This document shows, piece by piece, positions 51,951 through 60,402 of a stretch of 64,000 nt of DNA. Positions within the stretch are counted from its first letter, which is position 1, and each line of letters starts with the position of its first letter. The position numbers and the translations under genes are program-made. Source of the stretch: Trichormus sp. ATA11-4-KO1 (GTDB lineage: Bacteria > Cyanobacteriota > Cyanobacteriia > Cyanobacteriales > Nostocaceae); NCBI GenBank assembly GCA_019358915.1, contig JAHHIM010000036.1, positions 352,001-416,000 of the forward strand, written 5' to 3'. Under the pieces are notes generated by a model that was given only the letters and a program-made list of their open reading frames with translations, made no database searches and had not been told where the DNA came from.

Positions 51951-54359
51951 CTACTCACAAATAAATAGGTAAATTGCCCAAATAGCCATCGCCCGGAGAT
52001 AAGTGCTAGCACGGAAAGTCCCAGATGCTGTAATCGCTTCAGGTGTGCGGAATTGCAATCCATTTTCGTAAATTTGCGCCACTACCGCTTGCGTTAACCT
52101 TAAAGCTTCATCCTTCATTCCCATCTGCACGAGAAAAGCTGCTAATCCAAAATTAATTCCTGTCCAAACTTCCAGAGGATGGGTAGCTTTGGGGTTTTCT
52201 GGCGAACCATCGGGACGAACGCCATTCGCCGCACCAAATTGACCATGACAGAATTGGAGGAAGCAGGCATCATAAACAGTTTGCAACGCCGAGAGGGCGC
52301 GATCACTGGGTACAATATCTGGTAATCCCAACAGACGCGCATAAAATTGTCCGCACAATTGATCCGCCATGACTACATTAGAACCACTCTCACTATCCAA
52401 GCGGTAATACTGCCCATTCCAGAGTTTTTCTTCGTATACAAGGCGTGATTGTGCCAACCAATTTTTATAGGTAGATGCTAACTCCTCAGTGTTCTCTGCG
52501 CCTCTGTGGTTCGTCAACAAAACCTCACTAATGGTGATCGCCGCTTCTAACGCTGCTAACCACAACCCGCCACAATAGGCGCTGACACCCTGTAACCGCC
52601 AATCATCAAAGGTTTGGTCTGGTGCGCCGGAATTTTCGGGAATCCCATCTCCATCTTGATCGAAAGTTTTTAGGTAGTTAAGAGTTTGGACAATACTATC
52701 CCAGCAATCTGCTAAAAATTCCACATCATCGGCACCAGTAAGTAGGAAATCTCGGTATACTTGCAACACAAAATCACTACCTAAATCCTTCCACAAATTG
52801 CAGTCTTGATAGCAGGTGTAGTTGGTTTTTTCCCAAACGTGTTCATTAGGTGCGCCCAAGTCGTGGGGTGTTGCACCTGCAATTTTGCGTGGGGCTGTTG
52901 TAGTGTCTGCGCCAATTGTGTAGTAATAGCCAATTACACGCTGATGATCATCACTTTGGGGAATTGCCCTGGCAAATGCCCGCATCACTGATTTTTCTAG
53001 TTCAGGAAACAGGATTAACAATCCAAAAGAACCATATAACCGTACATCTAAACTTTCGTACCAGCGATAATCTAAGCACTCTAGGACGGCAAACTGACCA
53101 ATAGGATCAATTGCTGAAGCTGCACTCCAAAGAGTACCACCACAAGTTAGGTCGTATAGCTCATTAAACAGCGCCATTTTGAACCAGTTGGGTAAATCTT
53201 CCCGGTTTAGAATGGGTTGTTGCCAAGCTTGAATTTGTGCTCGCCAACTTTGGTATTGTGCTAAAGCACTAGCCGCGATCGCCCAAGCATGATTACCACC
53301 ACGACCAAAAAAATCTGTATATCTGCGGTAATAATTAATTCCGGCTGCAAATTCTGTTACCGGAAAATCCCAAGTCAATACTAAAGGGATTTCCAGATTT
53401 TCGCCTGGTTGCAGCGTGAAACGCACTGCGATCGCTGCTCCTATTTGTATATTTTCTAACGCAGCAGTTGCATCTGAAAAATTGGGTAAAGAACCATCTG
53501 CGGCAAAGCTGCGCCACACATCTTCCCCCGTACCCGCAGGATTCCAGCGCGTATGGTGAAATACTTCCACCTGGGGATGTTTAATTGTGGTTATACACCA
53601 GCTACCGTCCCCTTCTTGTACTGATTCATCACTACCAACTCGACCTAAAAAGCAACCAACATATTCTGTATTTTCAATTAGCTTATTGTAATTTCCTTGA
53701 CTTTCCCCTATGCGTGGCTGATATTCATAAACCGGACTACCATCATCCCGTATTCGCACCTGTGGAGATTTCAAAGCATTAGTAAACCAGCCCACCATAT
53801 TTTGCCAAGTCAGCATAATACTCAGAGTAATAGGTGCGTCTGTGGGGTTGTGAGCATTCCAGAGGAATATTGCCACAGGATAGCTAGTTTCTTGGTAGTT
53901 GTTTGCCCAAATCGGAGAAAACTGCTCACAAGTTAACTGTGCTTGAAACACATTTTCATAAACAAACCAGCTACGCGGATATAGGGCATGATACGTGCCT
54001 GTTTCCTGCATTGCTGTAGATGCTGGATACCATCTCCACGCTGCGAGACTACCATCTTGAGGCGGTTCTGTCGATAAAGCGTAGGCTTGGGAAGATGTAC
54101 CATTTGATTCAAATACACTGAATTGACAAGCGGGGATATTTTTGAAGGTATGCTCACCGCCATCAATGTGCCACAGATTAAAGTCTCCCCGTGAAGAACG
54201 ACCAATACAACCTGCACCAAAACCCCCTAAAGGCATACCATGCCAGGGGCCATCATCAATATTACTAGCGTAGCGAACAGTGTAGGGTTTGTCCCAGCCT
54301 AAACCGATGGGACGACTCCAAGAGCAAGAGGGAATTACGGACGAGAGCGGATTTGTCAT
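51951..54359 (-). CDS. GH116 glycoside hydrolase (non-lysosomal glucosylceramidase-like)
   Basis: GMPLGGFGAG, YHALYPRSW, LECLDY.WYESLDV, PDQTFDDW and FRTPEA...YLRAMAIW motifs. Confidence 0.92.
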   Translation of the reverse strand: MTNPLSSVIPSCSWSRPIGLGWDKPYTVRYASNIDDGPWHGMPLGGFGAGCIGRSSRGDFNLWHIDGGEHTFKNIPACQFSVFESNGTSSQAYALSTEPPQDGSLAAWRWYPASTAMQETGTYHALYPRSWFVYENVFQAQLTCEQFSPIWANNYQETSYPVAIFLWNAHNPTDAPITLSIMLTWQNMVGWFTNALKSPQVRIRDDGSPVYEYQPRIGESQGNYNKLIENTEYVGCFLGRVGSDESVQEGDGSWCITTIKHPQVEVFHHTRWNPAGTGEDVWRSFAADGSLPNFSDATAALENIQIGAAIAVRFTLQPGENLEIPLVLTWDFPVTEFAAGINYYRRYTDFFGRGGNHAWAIAASALAQYQSWRAQIQAWQQPILNREDLPNWFKMALFNELYDLTCGGTLWSAASAIDPIGQFAVLECLDYRWYESLDVRLYGSFGLLILFPELEKSVMRAFARAIPQSDDHQRVIGYYYTIGADTTTAPRKIAGATPHDLGAPNEHVWEKTNYTCYQDCNLWKDLGSDFVLQVYRDFLLTGADDVEFLADCWDSIVQTLNYLKTFDQDGDGIPENSGAPDQTFDDWRLQGVSAYCGGLWLAALEAAITISEVLLTNHRGAENTEELASTYKNWLAQSRLVYEEKLWNGQYYRLDSESGSNVVMADQLCGQFYARLLGLPDIVPSDRALSALQTVYDACFLQFCHGQFGAANGVRPDGSPENPKATHPLEVWTGINFGLAAFLVQMGMKDEALRLTQAVVAQIYENGLQFRTPEAITASGTFRASTYLRAMAIWAIYLFICE

Positions 54360-54603
54360 CGCCTGATTTTACAGCGTGCGGTTACGCTAAGGAAGCTTAA
54401 CGCGATGTGTAATTTTTCTCAAGTAACCGGTTTTACCAAGGTTTGAGCGCAATCGGACTCCAGTTTCTCTAGATAATACTGCTCAAGCTCGATTGCGCGG
54501 TGACTATGCTGTAAATTAGTAAATAAACATAACAAAGAGCTATATATTGTTGAGGGAAGAGATGGACAAGCGATTGATCCTTCTGGCAATCCTCTTCTAC
54601 TTG

Positions 54604-54900
54604 ATTAATATTGATAAGCTTGAAGAAATAACTGGATATGATTTCCTATCTAATCTTCCCTCTGAAATTCAAGAGGCAATTGAAGGGCGAAAATACCCTG
54701 ATATTCTAGAAGAAATTTATAATAAACGGCTTATGTGAGTTGGAGTCTGGAAAGTCGTAAATACGGCAATATGGTTAAACACCTTGGCCAAACCACAGCC
54801 TGAAACCCTTGCCATAGCTTGGGCGTTTTTAATTCACATAAGGCGTAATAAGGAAATTAAGATTAGACCCAGGTCTGCTTCTTTAATGGCTTCAACGACC
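54604..54900 (+). pseudogene. C-terminal tail fragment of a NucA-like endonuclease module, split by a MITE
   Basis: INIDKLEEITGYDFLSNLPSEIQEAIE; removing 54726-54846 plus one TSD restores ...EEIYNKEIKIRPRSASLMAST in frame. Confidence 0.75.
54726..54846. mobile_element. 121-bp MITE
   Basis: TIRs ACGGCTTATGTGAGTT / AATTCACATAAGGCGT (14/16 match); 5-bp direct repeat AATAA at 54721-54725 and 54847-54851. Confidence 0.8.
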
Positions 54901-54901
54901 G

Positions 54902-57229
54902 GGGATTGCAGGAAGAGAAGGAGTAACTTTTAAAACTATAAGTTCAAAAGTTAGCGTTCCTGAAAGTATTTGGAAGGTTGTACTATTTCTAGATCGTCCT
55001 GGTCAAGGAATTTCCGACGTAACTAAAGATACCCTCGCTTTTGGTATTTATTTATCCAACACCCTTGATGTAAATGGTAAAGGGCAAGATCCTAATGACG
55101 ATTGGAAACAAAACTTTACACTTGATGGAAAGACATTTGGACTATTTAATGTTGAAGAACTTGAAAAGCTAACTGGGTATAATTTCCTGTCTAATATTCC
55201 CACAGAAATTCAGGAAGCAATTGAGAATCGAGATGTTAATGATATTTTGACAAAACTCAATGTCATTAAACCTCCGTCACTTATGGCTGCAACTGAAGAT
55301 GAACTAAAAATCTCCGAAAAAGGGACCGCTTTTGATAGTGCCATCGGGCATAGTAGTCTGGTAAACAAAATTCCCATAACTCCAAATAATGTTTGGAGCG
55401 ATGTAAGCATCTCTGAAGTTAGTTTTAATCAGAATAGCGAACTCAAAACTACTGATGTTAGCTCCACAGAAGGTAGCACGACTAGCGTTCATATGATTCA
55501 GGTCGGTTCCTCCCAAATCGGCTTCAGTCAAATCACACCAACTCAAGTTGGCGGAATACAAATTAGCATCCCTGACAATAGCGCGTTTCAACCAAGCGCT
55601 TTCCAAGGAAACACCAAACAAATCGGCTCCAGTCAAATCGGCTCGACACAGATCGGCTTGTCTCAAATAGGCTCCGCGCAAGTTGATATCTCTCAAAATA
55701 GCGCCTTCGAGGTCAATCGAACTGTCGAGGGGAACACCCTCAGATTGAATCAACTCAATCCCTCGAAAATCGCGCTCTCCATCAGCATACCGAGCCAACA
55801 ACTCCTCAGCAGTTATTTCCCAAGCCATGAATTAACCTCCAATTTCTTTTCCAATCTTAAATATAGTGTTAATAATATTTGGGGAGATTTACTCACATCG
55901 GAAACGCCCACCTTAAACATCTCCTTCCAAATCACCAACCTCCCCACCGGACAACTAGCCGAAGCCCAACTAACCCAATTCGACCCCCAAGGTCGCCCCA
56001 ACGGAGGCACAATCCTCATCGACCACGACGCTAACGGCTACTCGTGGTTTATCGACCCCACCCCGCTTGACAACAGCGAATTCACCACCTCCCTCACCGA
56101 CACAACCTACCGCGCCACCACAGGCGACGCATTCGGCAAATACGACCTGCTCACCACCATCCTCCACGAAACCGGACACCTACTAGGTATAATCTCCGGT
56201 AACCCAGGCTTCGACCGCTACATCCAAACCATCAACAGCACCAAAACCTTCATCGGCGATAACTTCACTGCCACCCTCACCCCAGACGGTAGCCACCTTG
56301 ACTCCCAGGTACACCCCTACGACCTGATGAATAACACCCTGTCCCCAGGCCTGCGTAAGCTACCATCATGGCTCAACCTGCAAATGATTAACGCCATCCG
56401 TAACACTACGGTAGCGCCAAGCAGTACAACACAACTAACAGCACCACTAACAGCAATCCTGCTTGCAGACATCACCAACGGCAACTTCAACTTTAGCGAC
56501 ACAACCAAACCCGAATACGGCTGGACAACCCGTGGTGCAGCCACCATCCTCAACCCCACAACCCTGTCCATTCAAACCAACCCCACCAACAGTACAATCC
56601 AACTAACCCCAGATGGCACAGTCACATACACCCCTAACCCCACCTTTGTCGGCATAGACACCTACACCTACACCATCACCGACACAGAAGGCTTAACATC
56701 TAATACTGCCACCGTCAACAATATAGCCCCAGTGATCACAGTAATTACAGGCGACACCACCACCACCGAAGGCACAACAGCCAACTTTAGTGCCACAGCA
56801 GTTGACCCTGGTGACGAACTTACCTACCTCTGGAACTTTGGCGACGGTTCACAACTGGTCGAAGGTGAAAACGTCACCCACACCTACACCGACAACGGCA
56901 CATACATCGCCACCCTGACTGTTATCGATAGTCTTGGCGTCAATAGCTTCCAAACCCTAGAAATCACCGTCAATCATGTCGCGCCTCGAGAAATTACCAA
57001 ACTCAAATTCGAGCAAAAACTACTCCATCTCAGAGTTTACGAAAATTCCCAACTAGTAGAACATGTTAAAGGCAGACAAAATCAACCAGTATCACCCCTA
57101 GCCTTTGACAGAATCCAAATACTCGCCCTCAACAACAATGGCCAATCCCAGATATTTGATGACATTACCTTCCATGATAGTGGAGAAGGTATTGGCACTA
57201 TAGAGATTCCAGTAACGCCACTGGGGTGA
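54902..57229 (+). pseudogene. 5'-truncated, internally condensed large exoprotein: NucA-like endonuclease half, antisense-pentapeptide linker, HExxH zinc-protease domain, Ig/cadherin-like and PKD domains
   Basis: Frame open from 54887 (no ATG/GTG/TTG before TTG 55247): VSVPESIWKVVLFLDRPGQG...LEKLTGYNFLSNIPTEIQEAIE; later WFIDPTP, YDLLTTILHETGHLLG, TYTPNPTFVGIDTYTY and YLWNFGDG...HTYTDNG. Confidence 0.75.
55304..55828 (-). CDS. Pentapeptide-repeat protein, nested antisense inside the + frame
   Basis: N-cap EELLARYADGERDF, A(D/N)LxxA repeats, C-cap TTMPDGTI; ATG at 55828 with GGAGG at 55836-55840. Confidence 0.88.
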   Translation of the reverse strand: MAWEITAEELLARYADGERDFRGIELIQSEGVPLDSSIDLEGAILRDINLRGAYLRQADLCRADLTGADLFGVSLESAWLKRAIVRDANLYSANLSWCDLTEADLGGTDLNHMNASRATFCGANISSFEFAILIKTNFRDAYIAPNIIWSYGNFVYQTTMPDGTIKSGPFFGDF

Positions 57230-57315
57230 GTTCCCATAGCACGTTCAATATCTTCTGGACGATTGCGTCCACCTCGAACAACTAATGCTTCATCGGGTAT
57301 TTTCTTTAAGGTCAC
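57200..57315 (-). pseudogene. N-terminal fragment of a small hypothetical gene fused head-on to the exoprotein relic
   Basis: MTLKKIPDEALVVRGGRNRPEDIERAMGTHPSGVTGIS looks protein-like, then continues as antisense of the + frame from about 57200. Confidence 0.45.
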
Positions 57316-57393
57316 TGGAGGGATGCATATATTTGTTGTAATTAACTGTAATTTATCTAGTAAATATTAAAAAACTTTTGAAAAACTAAAATT

Positions 57394-59031
57394 ATGAAAA
57401 TGAAGTACTTATTTCTAGTTTGGGTGCTTGTACTCTCATTAGTCATTCCCAGCGAGGCACTTGCCCAAACCAAACAGCCTGATAATTTAATACCTGGACT
57501 CGGCACACATCACCATGCTGTTGCTACCCGTAATCCAGAAGCACAGAAGTTTTTCGATCAAGGACTAAATTTAATTTACGCTTTCAACCATGATGAAGCA
57601 GTACGTTCTTTTCAACATGCTGCCGAACTTGATCCCCAAATGGCAATGGCATATTGGGGGATGGCTCTGGGTATAGGCGCAAATATCAACTTAGATATAG
57701 ACCCTGAACGAGAACAAGTCGCCTATCAAGCCATACAAAAAGCTTTGGCACTTTCCCCCCAAGCACCAGTCCCAGAACAAGACTACATCGCTGCCTTAGC
57801 AAAACGTTACTCTAACGAACCAGATGCAGATTTGCATCAATTAGCGGTGGACTACGCCAAAGCAATGGGGAACTTAGTCAAGCGCTATCCAGATGATTTA
57901 GATGCGGCTACATTGTATGCCGAAAGCTTGATGGATTTGCATCCTTGGCAACTCTGGAGTAAAGATGGCAAACCCCTGGGAGATACTGAAGAGATTGTTA
58001 CTGTTTTAGAATCAGTTCTCCGACGTGATCCCCACCATCCGGGAGCGAATCATTATTATATTCATGCAGTGGAAGCATCGCCGCACCCAGAACGTGCCCT
58101 TGAGAGTGCTAAACGACTAGAAACCTTAGTTCCCGCAGCCGGACATCTAGTACATATGCCTTCCCATATTTATTTTCGTTTGGGAGATTATGAAGGGGCG
58201 ATGCGGTCAAATCAGCAAGCGATCGCTCAAGATAATATCTATTTGCGTAATCATCAAGTCCAGGGCATTTATCCCCAGATGTACTATAACCACAACGTGC
58301 ATTTCTTGATGGTTGCCAGCAGTATGGCAGGTAGATATCAAGATGCCCTACAAGCTGCCGACAAGTTGGTAACAAATGCTGCTGCTATTGACCCATATTT
58401 ACCAATGCTTGAGGGATTCCTCGGTAACAAAATGCTGATTCAGGTAAGGTTTGGTGATTGGGATGCTATCTTAAAAACTCCTGCACCTGACGCTAAACTA
58501 CCCACTACTACTGCACTTTGGCATTTTGCTCGCGGTATGGCTCATGCAGCTAAGGGTAACTTAGAAGATGCAGCAAACGAAAGCCGTGCCTTACTAACAG
58601 CAACACAGACAATTCCTGACGATGCCACCATTGGTTTTACTCCTGCTAGTCGCATTTTAGACATTGCCATAAAATACCTGGATGCCAAAATTGCCAAATC
58701 CCAACATAATTACGATTCGGCAATTAAATTACTACAACAAGCAGTAGTAGCAGAAGATGCCCTTGATTATGTAGAACCACCAGATTGGTATTTTCCCACA
58801 CGGGAAGCATTGGGTGGTGTATTGCTAGCTCAAGGCGATTACGCAGCAGCCGAGAAAGTTTTTCGTGCCGATTTAGAAAAATATCCCCATAACGGACGTT
58901 CTTTATTTGGCTTACAGGCCAGTTTGCAAGCACAGCGCAAAGATAACGCGGCAAAACTTGTACAAACTGAATTTGCTACAGCATGGAAACATTCGGATAC
59001 TCAGCTACGAGTTGAAAATCTCAGAGATTAG
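57394..59031 (+). CDS. Secreted TPR-repeat protein
   Basis: Signal peptide; AQKFFDQGL..YAFNHDEA, HPGANHYYIH and GHLVHMPSHIY motifs. Confidence 0.85.
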   Translation: MKMKYLFLVWVLVLSLVIPSEALAQTKQPDNLIPGLGTHHHAVATRNPEAQKFFDQGLNLIYAFNHDEAVRSFQHAAELDPQMAMAYWGMALGIGANINLDIDPEREQVAYQAIQKALALSPQAPVPEQDYIAALAKRYSNEPDADLHQLAVDYAKAMGNLVKRYPDDLDAATLYAESLMDLHPWQLWSKDGKPLGDTEEIVTVLESVLRRDPHHPGANHYYIHAVEASPHPERALESAKRLETLVPAAGHLVHMPSHIYFRLGDYEGAMRSNQQAIAQDNIYLRNHQVQGIYPQMYYNHNVHFLMVASSMAGRYQDALQAADKLVTNAAAIDPYLPMLEGFLGNKMLIQVRFGDWDAILKTPAPDAKLPTTTALWHFARGMAHAAKGNLEDAANESRALLTATQTIPDDATIGFTPASRILDIAIKYLDAKIAKSQHNYDSAIKLLQQAVVAEDALDYVEPPDWYFPTREALGGVLLAQGDYAAAEKVFRADLEKYPHNGRSLFGLQASLQAQRKDNAAKLVQTEFATAWKHSDTQLRVENLRD

Positions 59032-59163
59032 GGAAAAGGGGACAGTGGAATTTTGAAATAGTCATGACCCAATCAAGCGGACTAACAACAGTGGCGGTGT
59101 TTTTAGCAGAATTGCTGGGTAAAAGGAAAATACAGTACATCAGCAATTACGGGAATGGTTAAC

Positions 59164-59317
59164 GGCATTGCTGAATCAAGGGATGACTCTTGTGAGGTAG
59201 GCAGCGTTCGACTGAGCGCTCACGCCGAAGTCTTGCCTGCCCCGAAATATATACAAGGGACGGCAAGATTGCCCATCCCACAAAACCAATAAAATCATCC
59301 CGCAAATATGCAACGCC
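59164..59317. mobile_element. 154-bp MITE (GGC(A/G)TTGC family) carrying a nested small repeat
   Basis: Ends GGCATTGCTGAATCAAGGGATGA / TCATCCCGCAAATATGCAACGCC; flanks TGGTTAAC / TGGTTAAG (7/8 match); homologous to 38111-38216. Confidence 0.78.
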
Positions 59318-59494
59318 TGGTTAAGAGACGCAACAGATAAAACAAAAACAAAAGATGGGCGTGCTCCGTTGGAGGTAATATCTTGTTTCAGTCCGTTGTT
59401 AAGCTGGATTCTGAGCTTATGGCCAGAGTCAGTAAAACGTCTAGCATTGGTAGCAGACGCTGCGACATTAAGCCTCTCTGAACCCCTACCGTTG
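59311..59494 (-). ncRNA. ssrS: 6S RNA (ssaA/ssrS)
   Basis: About 184 nt downstream of pmgA; contains ACTGACTCTGG as in cyanobacterial 6S RNAs; 5' GGTTCAGAGAGGC can pair with 3' GCGTCTCTTAACC to close a rod. Confidence 0.75.
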
Positions 59495-59517
59495 AAAGCC
59501 ATTCCCCAGTCCCCTCT

Positions 59518-59973
59518 TCATCGGCGCAAAGATAGACGGGGGCGATTTTCCAGTTGCTTACATAGCCTTAATTCTGTACCTTTGCGATTCCACTCTACTT
59601 GATCAAAAATTTGGTGCAGAAGGCACAGACCACGACCACTTTCTGATTCATCGGGTGGTAAATAATCTATGGGATCTTCATCAGAATCAGCACCAGACGC
59701 AGGAACAAAGCCTTGACCTTGGTCTGATATTACCCACCAATATTGATTATCTATTAAGGAAAAACGGACTACGACTGTTTTACTGGGATCAAGATTATTG
59801 CCGTGTTTTGCTGCATTTACTAAGGCCTCTTGGAGTCCTAACCGCAGTTCTGCTTGTAATTTTTCTGGAATTTCTGCCAGCAATAAATCTAAGATTGGGC
59901 AAAGGTAGAGGGTTGAGGCGAAACTAATTGTGCCCCAATATCGTCCAACCGGACGGAGGGAAATGGTAATCAC
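59518..59973 (-). CDS. pmgA: PmgA, RsbW-like anti-sigma/HATPase protein
   Basis: ISFASTLYLCPILDLLL, LQEALVNAAKHGN, ISDQGQGF and GRGL motifs. Confidence 0.85.
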   Translation of the reverse strand: MITISLRPVGRYWGTISFASTLYLCPILDLLLAEIPEKLQAELRLGLQEALVNAAKHGNNLDPSKTVVVRFSLIDNQYWWVISDQGQGFVPASGADSDEDPIDYLPPDESESGRGLCLLHQIFDQVEWNRKGTELRLCKQLENRPRLSLRR

Positions 59974-60402
59974 AAGAGAAACCCCGTAGCTTTCAGTTAG
60001 CTAGACATCAGTTTGCTTTTACAGGCACCCTGATAATAATTGAGGTGGTCATGCTGCCTTCAAACTTGCGTCTTTAGATACTAAATTTTGAAAATGCTAG
60101 GGAGCATTGACTCTGTTTATGAGGTTAGATTGCTGATACATAAAACGGCTCTAAGAAAACTGCTAGTGCAGTTAACAACTAAAATTTTGAGAAATTTGCC
60201 AGGGTATTAGGATACCTTGGGGATTGCCGATTCGTACTTTAGACAATCTTATTCATGTTGTTTAGAGTTGATGCAACTTTAATGTTTGTAACAAAATCAT
60301 TTTTATTTTTTGGTTAATTCGATTTTAGCATTTTTAGTATGCACTAGACTACGAATTTGAAATTTGAGTTTTTGTCAAAGACTCAGTAGCCCTATCCAAA
60401 TG

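Noticed and set aside
59176..59602. ORFs 59176-59502 and 59369-59602
   Set aside because: They overlap the 6S RNA candidate, the MITE and pmgA, and have no protein features.
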